A DNA stretch of 64,000 bases. Source: Thermodesulfobacteriota bacterium (lineage in GTDB: Bacteria > Desulfobacterota_D > UBA1144 > Nemesobacterales > UBA2774). The position numbers and the translations under genes were made by a program. The stretch spans positions 2,560,001 to 2,624,000 of the forward strand of contig OZ244197.1 of assembly GCA_965216785.1 (NCBI GenBank), in the 5' to 3' direction. Numbering within the stretch: position 1 is the stretch's first letter; each line of letters starts with the position of its first letter. The notes beneath the pieces were generated by a model. That model was not told the origin of the DNA and did no database searches. It saw only the letters and a program-made list of their open reading frames with translations. Of the stretch, positions 11,437 to 22,909 are shown piece by piece.

Positions 11437-12093
11437 TCAGTCGTAACTATACAAATACTTAACTCCATACTTATTATGAATGATTTCATTCCGAAATGAT
11501 ATAACGCTCTCAGAAAACGCCTTCTCCGTCATGTAGCGCCCCCTTCCCTTCACCCTAGTTTCAGCATCGAGCGCAATCGTGCTCCTTTCCTCTTCAGGAA
11601 GAGCATTAAAGAATTTCTCCAAGCAATCAGCCTCAATAGACAGAATCCTGCCTAGGACATTCTCTTCGGGGGCTCCTTCCAAGTCCAAAACCCTGTTTCT
11701 CAGCATTATATAATAATCACGCACATCTGTCCTTTTCTCCTCGTTTATATAGCCGCCTAGCTTTTGTGCGGCTTCGCCGATAATCCCCGTGTGTTCCTTA
11801 TTTGATTCCTCAGATATTTTCCTCTCTTTTAAGGGGCTGTACTCCTCTATACTCTCCTCGATAAATGAAGAACACTGCTTCATGCTTCTTACTCTATTCT
11901 TCCCATCGTCATCATCTGCATTTAGCTTCTCAAATGCCCTACTTATTCCCCGGAGCACAACCTCTTTAGGTATTTGTCTGTCCCGGAGCTTCGATATCAC
12001 CGTGTAGTCCTCAGAAGAGAGCATAATCCCCTCCCCCGCTAGCGAGAGAAAATACTTCTCCACATCCCTAATATACCCGCCGCTATCAGTCAT
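11437..12093 (-). CDS. Hypothetical protein; N-terminus resembles a DnaD/DnaB_2 domain
   Basis: 218-aa ORF overlapping the rpe stop and ending 2 bp before the ATPase; YF...LSSED..I..L....IPKEVVLRGI..AF pattern. Confidence 0.6.
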   Translation of the reverse strand: MTDSGGYIRDVEKYFLSLAGEGIMLSSEDYTVISKLRDRQIPKEVVLRGISRAFEKLNADDDDGKNRVRSMKQCSSFIEESIEEYSPLKERKISEESNKEHTGIIGEAAQKLGGYINEEKRTDVRDYYIMLRNRVLDLEGAPEENVLGRILSIEADCLEKFFNALPEEERSTIALDAETRVKGRGRYMTEKAFSESVISFRNEIIHNKYGVKYLYSYD

Positions 12094-12763
12094 CGTTTCC
12101 CTGGGCCAGCCCCCTCATCTCAGCTATTGTCTCGGTATAATCAGATGTGCCGAAGATTCCCGAGCCTGAGACTATTACGTCAGCGCCCGCATCGGCAATC
12201 AGTTTTACGTTGTCTAACTTTATGCCTCCGTCGACTTGAATCAGGGGTCTATGATCCCGCCCGTCAATAATCTCGCGCAGCCTACTTACCTTGGGCGCCA
12301 TTGAGGGAATGAACTTTTGTCCCGGAAAGCCTGGCTCAACGGTCATTACAAGTACCATGTCAACGTAGTCAAGAATTTCCTCAAGAGCCGATAACGGGGT
12401 CATCGGGCAGATAGCAACGCCTGCCGAAACGCCCCTTGCCTTGATCCTTGAAATGGCGTTATGAAGCAGCCTTGTGGTCTCGTACTGAACTGTGATGCCG
12501 AGCACTGAATCCCCTCCCGCGTCAATGAACTTTTCAGAGAATTCCTCAGGCTTTTCTATTTGCAGGTGTATATCTAAAGGCGGGGTCTCAGTACGGGATA
12601 GAGCCTCGACGATAGGCAATCCGAGCGTTAGGTTAGGCACGTAGTGACCGTCCATAATGTCTACATGTATCCAGTCGGCACCGGCTTCTTTGATTGCGCG
12701 TATTTCTTCTCCTAATATCGTAAAATCGGCTGAAAGTACCGAGGGTGCAATTAATTTCTTCAT
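12086..12763 (-). CDS. rpe: Ribulose-phosphate 3-epimerase
   Basis: IAPSVLSADF, HVDIMDGHYVPN, MTVEPGF, VDGG. Confidence 0.96.
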   Translation of the reverse strand: MKKLIAPSVLSADFTILGEEIRAIKEAGADWIHVDIMDGHYVPNLTLGLPIVEALSRTETPPLDIHLQIEKPEEFSEKFIDAGGDSVLGITVQYETTRLLHNAISRIKARGVSAGVAICPMTPLSALEEILDYVDMVLVMTVEPGFPGQKFIPSMAPKVSRLREIIDGRDHRPLIQVDGGIKLDNVKLIADAGADVIVSGSGIFGTSDYTETIAEMRGLAQGNDD

Positions 12764-12893
12764 ATGTATTTCCTTTAAAAGAGTGAGTTTGAATATCGCT
12801 AGTACACAGGCCTCGGATTATACCATGCTGAGCGCAATACGCGCTAGTGCAAATGATAATCTCTAACATTGATCTGGGCTCCTGAGCGCAAGC

Positions 12894-12922
12894 TTGACAG
12901 TTACCCGAAAACTATTTACCAT
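12894..12922 (+). promoter_or_regulatory. sigma70 promoter of metK-ahcY
   Basis: TTGACA-N17-TACCAT, 45 bp before the ATG at 12968. Confidence 0.7.
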
Positions 12923-12967
12923 ACACGCTTTTATAATCTAACCCTCATTACACACAGGAATAATTTT

Positions 12968-14128
12968 ATGTCACTTAAAAACTTTATCTTTACCTCGGAG
13001 TCCGTAACCGAGGGTCATCCGGACAAGATGTCCGATCAAATCTCTGACGCGGTGCTTGACGCCATGATAAATGACGACCCTCACAGCAGAGTTGCCTGTG
13101 AGACACTCATTACGACTGGGCTTGTAGTAATTGCCGGAGAAGTAACCACTAAAGCCGTAGTGGATATTAACCACATAGTTAGGAATAAAATCAGAGAGAT
13201 CGGCTACACCGACAGCTCCATGGGGTTTGACGCCCACACTTGCTCTGTGCTCGTAGCAATGGACGAGCAGTCCCCCGATATTGCGCTTGGCGTTAATTCA
13301 AGCGAAAACAAGGAGCAGGGAGCGGGCGACCAGGGACTTATGTTCGGATACGCAATCGACGAAACACCAGAGCTTATGCCAACCCCTATAATGTACGCGC
13401 ACAAGCTATCCAAAAAATTAACGGACGTCAGAAAATCAGGCAAGCTGCCGTATCTTAGACCTGACGGTAAGTCGCAGGTCACGGTGCGTTACGAGCAAGG
13501 CAAGCCCGTAGGGCTCGATGCAATAGTGATATCTTCACAGCACGCGCCTGACATAGAGCAGAAAACAATTTATGAGCAGGTTCTGGAAGAGGTAATAAAA
13601 CCCTGTGTAGACGAAACTATGATCTCCGACAAAACCAAAATATATGTAAACCCAACAGGCTCGTTCGTTACCGGCGGCCCGATGGGCGACGCTGGACTTA
13701 CGGGAAGAAAGATTATCATCGACACCTACGGGGGCTGGGCAAGACACGGCGGCGGAGCGTTTTCGGGAAAAGACCCTTCAAAGGTTGACCGCAGCGCAGC
13801 TTACATGGCGCGCTATGTGGCAAAGAACATAGTTGCCGGAGGTCTGGCCAAAGAATGCGAGGTACAGCTCGCCTACGCGATTGGTGTGCCTGAGCCTGTG
13901 TCCGTAATGGTAGAGACATTTGGTTCGAGCGAGATACCAGAGGAAACGCTGTCAAACGCGGTAAGGGAAGTATTCGATCTCACACCGGCAGGCATCATCA
14001 AATCCTTAAATCTTCTAACACCTATTTATCAGGAAACCGCGGCTTACGGCCACTTCGGCAGAGACGGCGCCGGATTTACCTGGGAAGAGACCGATAAAGT
14101 TCAGGACTTACAAAAAGCGGTCGGATAA
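12968..14128 (+). CDS. metK: S-adenosylmethionine synthetase
   Basis: [28 protein letters not shown]; start moved to ATG 12968 because the promoter lies inside the longer ORF. Confidence 0.98.
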   Translation: MSLKNFIFTSESVTEGHPDKMSDQISDAVLDAMINDDPHSRVACETLITTGLVVIAGEVTTKAVVDINHIVRNKIREIGYTDSSMGFDAHTCSVLVAMDEQSPDIALGVNSSENKEQGAGDQGLMFGYAIDETPELMPTPIMYAHKLSKKLTDVRKSGKLPYLRPDGKSQVTVRYEQGKPVGLDAIVISSQHAPDIEQKTIYEQVLEEVIKPCVDETMISDKTKIYVNPTGSFVTGGPMGDAGLTGRKIIIDTYGGWARHGGGAFSGKDPSKVDRSAAYMARYVAKNIVAGGLAKECEVQLAYAIGVPEPVSVMVETFGSSEIPEETLSNAVREVFDLTPAGIIKSLNLLTPIYQETAAYGHFGRDGAGFTWEETDKVQDLQKAVG

Positions 14129-14135
14129 CTTATAA

Positions 14136-15425
<1,290 letters not shown>

Positions 15426-15445
15426 TACTGTAATATTCTTAACTT

Positions 15446-16333
15446 ATGCAAGCTCTCCTGGACTCGTTCCTCTCATACCTGGCAGTAGAGAAAGGACTGT
15501 CTGAGAATACTCTTGAGTCCTACGGGAGAGACGTTAAGAAGTTCATCGAGTACTTAGACAAAGAGAAAATCACGGCTATTTCAGATGTGAAATACCGCCA
15601 TATTGCCGATTTTCTTACCCATTCCAAAGAAAAGGGGTTTACCGCAACCACTATAGTGCGCTCTATAGTGTCCATAAAGCAGTTCTTCAAATATCTTATT
15701 GTTGAAAAACTTATTGCGGAAGACCCCGCTTCCCAGATAAAAACGCCAAAAATGAAAAAAAGCATCCCGGGCGTTATCTCACTCGATGATGTTGAAACCC
15801 TGCTCGGGGCCCCTGACGAGTCTACTCCCGAGGGCCTTAGGGACTCCGCTATGATTGAGGTTCTGTACGCTACCGGCATCCGGGTATCCGAGCTCATCGG
15901 TCTTAAGCTAAATGACGTTAACTTCGATCACGGGTACGTCATCGTATACGGCAAAGGCTCCAAGGAAAGGATCGTACCCCTGGGAGAGGCAGCCAGAGAA
16001 AAGCTGCAGAACTATTTAATGGAAGCAAGACCCCTGATACTTAAATCAAAAGAGGCCAAAGCGCTTTTTGTAACCAGGAGGGGAAGCGGGATGACAAGAC
16101 AGGGGTTCTGGAAATTAATCAAGAATTACGGCCTTAAGGCAGGAATATCCAAGAAAATCAGCCCCCATACTCTCCGCCATTCCTTTGCCACTCATCTGCT
16201 GGAAAGAGGCGCTGATCTAAGAACCATACAAATAATGCTCGGCCACTCGGACATTTCCACGACCCAGATCTACACGCACGTAGAGAGTGAGAGGCTTAAG
16301 GAAATCCACAAGAAATACCATCCAAGGTCTTAA
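15446..16333 (+). CDS. xerD: Site-specific tyrosine recombinase XerD
   Basis: EKGLSENTLESY, TGIRVSEL, HTLRHSFATHLL, LGH, TTQIYTHV, YHPR C-terminus. Confidence 0.93.
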   Translation: MQALLDSFLSYLAVEKGLSENTLESYGRDVKKFIEYLDKEKITAISDVKYRHIADFLTHSKEKGFTATTIVRSIVSIKQFFKYLIVEKLIAEDPASQIKTPKMKKSIPGVISLDDVETLLGAPDESTPEGLRDSAMIEVLYATGIRVSELIGLKLNDVNFDHGYVIVYGKGSKERIVPLGEAAREKLQNYLMEARPLILKSKEAKALFVTRRGSGMTRQGFWKLIKNYGLKAGISKKISPHTLRHSFATHLLERGADLRTIQIMLGHSDISTTQIYTHVESERLKEIHKKYHPRS

Positions 16334-16420
16334 ATCAAAAGATATATTTGAATACTGCACTGTCGTAAAATTTTACAGATTGAGTATATTACTTGAAACT
16401 GTATTTAACCTAACCTGACT

Positions 16421-17113
16421 ATGAATTTCGATTTCTTAAACAACATAAATCTGGGCCTTATCCTGATTCAGGCCCCGGCTATATTATTCGCGCTTACGAT
16501 TCACGAGTACTTTCACGGCTGGACAGCCAATAAGCTCGGTGATAGGACGGCAGAACTGAACGGAAGGCTCACGCTTAACCCCATAGCTCACCTTGATGTG
16601 CTGGGCACCATACTCATGTTCGTTGTGGGCTTTGGTTGGGCAAAACCTGTTCCGATAAACGCCATGAACTTTAAGGACCCAAAGAAAGGCACTCTTCTTG
16701 TCGCTATAGCAGGCCCCCTTTCCAACCTCGCAACAGCTGTCGTAGCAGGCTTGGTTATCAGCTATATGGTCCCAAAAATGATTACGGGTGAGCTTGTTTT
16801 CGAGGGCGCGTACGCTATGATACCCGTATTCATCATACTTTCGTTCGTCTATGGCATAGCGCTCGCTATTTTCAACATGATTCCAATCCCCCCGCTTGAC
16901 GGCTCGAGGGTGCTCTACGCGGTACTGCCCGATAACCAGCTCAGAGTGTATAGCCAATTTGAGCGCTACGGTGTACTGATTTTGTTCGGCCTATTCATAT
17001 TTGCGGACGGGATATTTAGATATATTTTCATACCCGTGTCTCTTATATCAGAATTGCTGTCGGGCTACAGTTTCGGACAACTTTGGGGTATTATAGGACA
17101 GTTGATAGGATGA
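16421..17113 (+). CDS. Site-2 protease family (M50) membrane metalloprotease
   Basis: HEYFH, AGPLSN, FNMIPIPPLDG. Confidence 0.92.
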   Translation: MNFDFLNNINLGLILIQAPAILFALTIHEYFHGWTANKLGDRTAELNGRLTLNPIAHLDVLGTILMFVVGFGWAKPVPINAMNFKDPKKGTLLVAIAGPLSNLATAVVAGLVISYMVPKMITGELVFEGAYAMIPVFIILSFVYGIALAIFNMIPIPPLDGSRVLYAVLPDNQLRVYSQFERYGVLILFGLFIFADGIFRYIFIPVSLISELLSGYSFGQLWGIIGQLIG

Positions 17114-17883
17114 AGAACCAGATACCGGGTGCGGGACCGCTCGAGCCCAAAGAGCCTTGCGTAATCAAGATAAACCTCTTTGAAGGCCCCTTGGACCTCC
17201 TCCTTCACCTTATAAAGAAAAACGAGATGGATATATACGATATAAAGGTCGCCGCCATAACGGACCAGTATATCGAGTATCTTGAGCTAATGAAGGAGCT
17301 AAACCTGGAAGTTGCGGGCGATTACCTGGTAATAGCTGCAGAGCTATCCCTTCTGAAATCCAAAATGCTCCTTCCCAAGCCGGTCATAGAAGAGGATGAG
17401 GAAGACCCGAGAGCGGAGCTTGTAAGAAGGCTCCTTGAGTACCAGATTTACCAGGATGCCGCCTCTGATCTGTTTAAGGGAGAAGTTCTTGGCAGGGACG
17501 TTTTTAAGAGAGAACCAGGCACCGAAGAATTGAGCATTGAAGAAGAAGTCGAGCTTGTACCGGTTAACCTGTGGTCGCTCATTGAAGCGTTTCGGGAATT
17601 TTACGACAGGAAAAAAGAGCTCTGGGCCGAGGACCTGGCGTTTATTACTGAAGAAGTAACGATTGAGGAAAAGCTCGAGCTTGTTTTAGATAAAATCAGA
17701 ACGCTCGGAGAAATCGGCTTAGAGCGATTGTTTTCAGAATGTGAGTCCAAGTTTGATCTTATATTAACATTTCTATCTCTACTAGAGCTCGTCAGGATGG
17801 ATTCGATACACATTGTTAGGGAGACGCCTGACTCTCAAATAATATTAGTCTATGCGGGAGAAAACCACTTTGGATCGATCTGA
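17110..17883 (+). CDS. scpA: Segregation and condensation protein A
   Basis: FEGPLDLLLHLI, KSKMLLP, FLSLLEL; ATG overlaps the upstream TGA. Confidence 0.95.
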   Translation: MKNQIPGAGPLEPKEPCVIKINLFEGPLDLLLHLIKKNEMDIYDIKVAAITDQYIEYLELMKELNLEVAGDYLVIAAELSLLKSKMLLPKPVIEEDEEDPRAELVRRLLEYQIYQDAASDLFKGEVLGRDVFKREPGTEELSIEEEVELVPVNLWSLIEAFREFYDRKKELWAEDLAFITEEVTIEEKLELVLDKIRTLGEIGLERLFSECESKFDLILTFLSLLELVRMDSIHIVRETPDSQIILVYAGENHFGSI

Positions 17884-18493
17884 TTTAAAAAAGTCAATTG
17901 AAAGCATAATATTCGTATCCGGAGAGCCTGTGAGTGTGGATAAGATAGCTCAGGTGTTTCCCGATATAGAACGTTCAGAATTAAGACAATGTCTCAAGGA
18001 GCTCATTACAGAATGGGAAGAGATGGGAAGAGGTTTTTTTCTTGCCAATGTGTCGGGCGGATACCAGTTCAGGACAGCGCCCGGCTCTAGCGATCATATT
18101 ACAAACTTCCTAAAAAGGGTCAAAAAATTCCGTCTCAGCCGCGCGGCGCTTGAGGTAATTGCTATTATTGCTTACAAGCAGCCTGTAACAAGGGTTGAGA
18201 TCGAGAGCATTAGGGGTGTTGACTGCTCCGGTGTAATAAACGTTTTGTTAGAGCGGCAGATTATAGAGATTAAAGGGAGAAAAGAGGTTATCGGAAAACC
18301 CTTCCTATACGGCACGACAGGCGAGTTTCTTGAGGTTTTCGGTTTAAAGAGCCTTAGCGACTTACCCACCTTAAAGGAGATAGACGAAATCAGCCAAAAC
18401 CTCGAAACAGGTATCCCGGCTGTAGAGGAAGAGCCCCCTCAGCAAGAGGAGCCTCAAACACAAAATCCCCCCGGCGCCATTCATGAAACCTGA
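17852..18493 (+). CDS. scpB: SMC-Scp complex subunit ScpB
   Basis: LSRAALEVIAIIAYKQPVTR, IRGV, YGTT.EFLEVFGLKSLSDLP. Confidence 0.96.
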   Translation: MREKTTLDRSDLKKSIESIIFVSGEPVSVDKIAQVFPDIERSELRQCLKELITEWEEMGRGFFLANVSGGYQFRTAPGSSDHITNFLKRVKKFRLSRAALEVIAIIAYKQPVTRVEIESIRGVDCSGVINVLLERQIIEIKGRKEVIGKPFLYGTTGEFLEVFGLKSLSDLPTLKEIDEISQNLETGIPAVEEEPPQQEEPQTQNPPGAIHET

Positions 18494-19235
18494 AGCCGTA
18501 TTAGAGAGACTTAACACGGCAGCAAGAGACTCGGGCTTCAATATCACCAGAACCACAAGCATACATTCATACGACCGCATTGTGTCCGAGCGAAAAAGCG
18601 CCTCTAGCCTTCTTCCTGGCGCCAAATCAATCACCCTCATTGGTTTTGGGGGAAACGGTTTTTGGAAAACTTTCAGTAATTACCTTAAAGCTAATCCCGA
18701 CTTTAAAGATAGAGGCGAGGACCTGATAGACAATTACTCGCGCGTAATATTTAAAGAGTTTTCAGGCATCCTGGATGAATCAGGGATAGAACACAAAGCG
18801 GTATTTCCATTCGGCAGAGAAGCCGCCGCGCTTGATTTTGTTAAATTAGGAGAGGTATCAGGAGCGGGAGTGCCGAGTCTACTGGGCATATTGCTGCACC
18901 CGCGATACGGCCCATGGATATCGCTCAGAGGAGCCTTGCTCACTGAGCTTGAGCCCAGTCGCTACGACAGCCCTTTAGAGGGTTTTGACCCCTGCCCTTC
19001 CTGCCATAAACCCTGCGTAAGCGCTTGTCCTGCCGACACCATATCCGAGCAAGGATGGGACTGGGAATCCTGCATGAGGTTCAGGCTGGCCGATGATACG
19101 TGCTCGCTGAGCTGCGCCTCAAGAAAGGCCTGCCCATATGGCGCGGACCAGCAGTATTCCGCAGAGCAAATGGCATATCACCACAGCTTTGTATTAAGGA
19201 GTGTTAGGAAATATTTCGAAGAAAATATGCAGTGA
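18483..19235 (+). CDS. QueG-like 4Fe-4S ferredoxin-domain protein
   Basis: HPRYGPWISLRGALL then CxxCxxxCxxxCP and C..C..R.ACP. Confidence 0.7.
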   Translation: MKPEAVLERLNTAARDSGFNITRTTSIHSYDRIVSERKSASSLLPGAKSITLIGFGGNGFWKTFSNYLKANPDFKDRGEDLIDNYSRVIFKEFSGILDESGIEHKAVFPFGREAAALDFVKLGEVSGAGVPSLLGILLHPRYGPWISLRGALLTELEPSRYDSPLEGFDPCPSCHKPCVSACPADTISEQGWDWESCMRFRLADDTCSLSCASRKACPYGADQQYSAEQMAYHHSFVLRSVRKYFEENMQ

Positions 19236-19311
19236 CCCCACTAGCCTATTGACTTCCAAAAACTAAAGATATAATAATGGTTATATCAAAACCGAAGAGG
19301 GGAGAATAAAT

Positions 19312-19950
19312 ATGAAATCATTAAAAAGATTAGTATCGGTATTCATTTTAGGTCTGTTCTTATTTACGGGATCTTTATTTTTAGGCGATACGACGCTTGC
19401 GCAGCGATACCCGCCTGGAAACTATAGAGACACTTGTACGGACCTTATAAAAATAGGACATATGCTTGAGGCTAAATGCCAAAAAAGAGACGGAACCTGG
19501 CAGAACACAGTTCTATATTTCGGGTCTTGTGACGGTCCGATCCACAATGACAACGGAAACCTCACCTGCAATCAGTCAGGCGGTGGTGGGAACTGGGCCC
19601 CTTCTGGGAGCTACCAGCAGACATGCCGGGATATTAATGTCCGTGACGGTGAGCTATGGGCCAGGTGCCAAATGCGAGACGGTGAGTGGCGTGAGTCTTC
19701 TCTGTATTACAGGGATTGTTACCAGGATATTAGCAACCAGAACGGGAGACTCACTTGCGGGAGGCGTCACCACCACAATATGCTGCCTAGAGGAAGCTAT
19801 AAACAGACGTGCCGTGACCTTAGCATGAACGGTGATATACTTAGCGCCGAGTGTCAAAGACGCGACGGAAGCTGGCGCTGGACTTCGCTTGATGTTGGTG
19901 ATTGTTACGGTAATGTACAGAACCGTAATGGTAGACTAGAGTGCCGATAA
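19312..19950 (+). CDS. Secreted CVNH/cyanovirin-like lectin with three tandem repeats
   Basis: Signal peptide; three PxGsYxxTC...C...DG.W...C...NxNGxLxC repeats. Confidence 0.8.
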   Translation: MKSLKRLVSVFILGLFLFTGSLFLGDTTLAQRYPPGNYRDTCTDLIKIGHMLEAKCQKRDGTWQNTVLYFGSCDGPIHNDNGNLTCNQSGGGGNWAPSGSYQQTCRDINVRDGELWARCQMRDGEWRESSLYYRDCYQDISNQNGRLTCGRRHHHNMLPRGSYKQTCRDLSMNGDILSAECQRRDGSWRWTSLDVGDCYGNVQNRNGRLECR

Positions 19951-20085
19951 TCTAGCTTTTATATATAAAAAAGAGATATACATTATAAGTATATTCCAAT
20001 ATGCAATAGCGGAACTAAATATAAGCTCCGGACAGGTTTTTATACCTGAGACACAGGTCCCGGACTCAGTACTCAGATAAATTTT

Positions 20086-21447
20086 ATGGAACAGATAGCT
20101 AATAACACCGAACTGTCCAGAAAACCCCTCGTCGCCATAGTCGGCAGACCGAACGTAGGCAAATCGACCCTGTTCAACAGGCTCGTCGGCGAGCGCCGCT
20201 CAATAGTCGAGGACGTACCGGGGGTAACCAGAGACCGTATCTATGCCGACACACAATGGGACGGCAGAGAATTCAGCCTTGTTGACACAGGGGGGTTTGA
20301 TCCAGAAGGAGACGAAGAGGAATACCCTTCCCTCATAAAAGAACAGATACAAATCGCTATTGAAGAGGCGGATCTCATTGTCTTTGTTTTGGACGGTAAA
20401 GACGGGGTTATGCCGCACGATGAAGATGTTATAGACCTCTTAAGACGCGTAACTAAACCTGTGATATTCACTGTAAATAAGATCGACGACAAAAAGCACG
20501 AGCAGGCAGCGTTTGACTTCCACTCTCTTGGAATTGACGAACTCATACCGATCTCGGCCCAACAAGGCAGAAACATTAACGAGCTCCTTGATAAAATAGT
20601 GGCCGGGCTTCCCGAGCAGGATGGATTGTATGAGGAAGAGGAAGAAGGGGTAGTCAAAATCGCGGTGCTCGGAAAGCCAAACGCCGGCAAATCCACGCTC
20701 ATTAACCGCCTTCTCGGTGAAGACAGGTTAATAACGAGCCCCGTGCCTGGCACTACCAGGGACACCATAGACTCATACATAGAAAAGGACGGGAATAAAT
20801 ATCTATTCATAGATACAGCGGGGATAAGAAGGAAATCAAAGATCAGCTTCTCCGTCGAAAAGCACAGTGTGTTTAGAGCCGTAAGAGCAATGGAAAGGGC
20901 AGACTTAGCGCTGCTCATGATTGACGGTGGAGAGGGCCCGACCCATCAGGACGCAAGACTCGCAAGACTCATTTCAGACAAAGGAAGGGGCTGCATAGTA
21001 CTGCTCAACAAGTGGGACCTGGTTCCGAGCGAGGTATCACAAACCCCGGACATTGAAGGGATTTTGAAAGATAATCTCATTGCGGTCGACTACGCGCCCG
21101 TACTTATTATTTCAGCGCTTACAGGTAGAGGCACAGAAAAGATTTTTAAAGCGATTGACAGCGTATACAAAAACTTCTCACAGCGCATCCCGACAAAAAA
21201 GCTAAACAACTTCATACGGAATATTGTAGAGAATACTCCTCCCCCCATACATAAAGGAAAAGAAATAAAGTTCTACTACATATCACAGCCCATGACCAAG
21301 CAGCCTACTTTCGTAATATTCACAAATGAGATAAAAGGGGTGCCGGAAAACTATAAGAGGTTTTTGCAAAACAGGCTCCGCCATGAATTTGAATTGGAAG
21401 GAACGCCTATAAAAATAATATTCCGCTCAGAGAGAAAAAAAGACTAG
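20086..21447 (+). CDS. der: Ribosome biogenesis GTPase Der
   Basis: Two GTPase domains (GRPNVGKS, GKPNAGKS; DTGG/DTAG; NKID/NKWD) plus KH-like C-terminus. Confidence 0.97.
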   Translation: MEQIANNTELSRKPLVAIVGRPNVGKSTLFNRLVGERRSIVEDVPGVTRDRIYADTQWDGREFSLVDTGGFDPEGDEEEYPSLIKEQIQIAIEEADLIVFVLDGKDGVMPHDEDVIDLLRRVTKPVIFTVNKIDDKKHEQAAFDFHSLGIDELIPISAQQGRNINELLDKIVAGLPEQDGLYEEEEEGVVKIAVLGKPNAGKSTLINRLLGEDRLITSPVPGTTRDTIDSYIEKDGNKYLFIDTAGIRRKSKISFSVEKHSVFRAVRAMERADLALLMIDGGEGPTHQDARLARLISDKGRGCIVLLNKWDLVPSEVSQTPDIEGILKDNLIAVDYAPVLIISALTGRGTEKIFKAIDSVYKNFSQRIPTKKLNNFIRNIVENTPPPIHKGKEIKFYYISQPMTKQPTFVIFTNEIKGVPENYKRFLQNRLRHEFELEGTPIKIIFRSERKKD

Positions 21448-21474
21448 CTTACGCCGGGAGCCTAACACTAAGTA

Positions 21475-22767
21475 TTATGAACCGAGGACCTCGAGTATCT
21501 CGCTCTGTATCTCACCGGCAATATGCTCTGCCGTAAACTCAGCTTTCACTCTGTCCCGCCCCGCTTTACCCATTTTCCGAAGGAGCTTCTTATCACTTGC
21601 GAGTTTTAATATGGCCCCGCCCATCCCCTCGGTATCCCCAGGCTCGTTCAAAATCCCACTCACTCCGTCCTCAACCGCTTCCACAATACCGCCAGCCTTA
21701 AAGGCTATCACCGGAAGCGCAAACGACATTGCCTCTATTACAGAGCGCGGGAAAGGGTCTGGGTAGTTTGAGGGTATAACGAATATATCAAAGTCCTTGA
21801 GCGAGGTTTTCACATCGGGCCTGTAGCCTGTGAATATAAAATAGTCTTCAAGCCCATACTTTCGCACAAGCTCCTTTATATCCGCGAGGTGGTTGTCCTG
21901 GAAAAAATAAGGCGTGTCTCCCACAATGACGAATTTTATGTTTTTGTTCTTTTTCGGGGCTTTCTCAAGGTATGAGCGCGCGGCCTCTACAAAGAGCGGA
22001 TACCCCTTTCTTGGAACAATTCTCCCGGTACTCCCGACTACCGTGGTGCGCGCTGGGATAGCGAATTCAGATCGAAGGTCTCCGAGAGTAGCGGACGGGT
22101 CGTACTCATTTTCGTCTATTCCGTTATGTATAACTACAAGCTTCTCTTTTGCGCTTGGGAACTGATCCGCGGTCGGCCCGGAAACACATATTATCTTCTT
22201 TACCTGCGGCAGTTTTGCCAGTGTGTAAACAATTGATCCCAGCACTTTTGTCTGCTGTATATTCCTCACATGCCAAATCACAGGGCGCCCGCTCACAAGA
22301 CCCATCAGCGCCCCTGCGATCTTGGCCTGAGTGCCGTTACAGTATATTAGGTCTATTCCGTATTTTCTCATTGAATATGGGGAGGTTAGGACTAAAGAAG
22401 TAAGATCGAATATATTTAACAGTATCGATATAAATTTCATAAACAGCGCCGTTATGCCCTGTCCGGCTATCGCTCCCCTCTCCTCTAATTTATCCTCCCC
22501 CGGCATCGCTGCGGAACGCTCGCCTCTGTCCCCAGTTGAAAAAATCCGAGGTCTTTTTAAGTTCTCAGGAAACCTCTTATCAATAATGACGTTTTCATAT
22601 ATCCCTTCAGTTTTAAGCCTCTCTGAAAATACATCGTCCTTGGGCACCATCACGTATGGATTGACTTTTTCTCTGTCCAAATATTTAAGTAAGTAGAATA
22701 AGCTCTTTCCAGGTCCACCGTCTCTTACAGAGTGGTTTATGAATAGCACTTTAGGCAATAGTTTCAT
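21475..22767 (-). CDS. Glycosyltransferase family 4
   Basis: GRIVPRKG, DPFPRSVIEAM GT-B motifs. Confidence 0.9.
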   Translation of the reverse strand: MKLLPKVLFINHSVRDGGPGKSLFYLLKYLDREKVNPYVMVPKDDVFSERLKTEGIYENVIIDKRFPENLKRPRIFSTGDRGERSAAMPGEDKLEERGAIAGQGITALFMKFISILLNIFDLTSLVLTSPYSMRKYGIDLIYCNGTQAKIAGALMGLVSGRPVIWHVRNIQQTKVLGSIVYTLAKLPQVKKIICVSGPTADQFPSAKEKLVVIHNGIDENEYDPSATLGDLRSEFAIPARTTVVGSTGRIVPRKGYPLFVEAARSYLEKAPKKNKNIKFVIVGDTPYFFQDNHLADIKELVRKYGLEDYFIFTGYRPDVKTSLKDFDIFVIPSNYPDPFPRSVIEAMSFALPVIAFKAGGIVEAVEDGVSGILNEPGDTEGMGGAILKLASDKKLLRKMGKAGRDRVKAEFTAEHIAGEIQSEILEVLGS

Positions 22768-22909
22768 TTATTACGCTCTCGGGGAGTTTTGAAAATGGAA
22801 TCCTACCATGCTTATAACGACAAAGCCAATCCCCTAAATTATAATGAAAAACGAATAACTAAGGGTATAATATATTTTTAAAGTCAAAGAGGTTCTTCCA
22901 GGAGAAAAT

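Noticed and set aside
12764-12967. SAM riboswitch upstream of metK, and the 33-aa N-terminal extension in the ORF track
   Set aside because: No SAM-I/II consensus seen; the promoter leaves only a ~40-nt leader and lies within the extension
15446-16333. Tyrosine recombinase as a prophage or island integrase
   Set aside because: It has XerD hallmarks and core context (ahcY, scpAB); no att sites or phage genes were seen
19251-19265. GACTTCCAAAAACTA resembling the doxX operator
   Set aside because: Both palindromic arms are broken; probably chance
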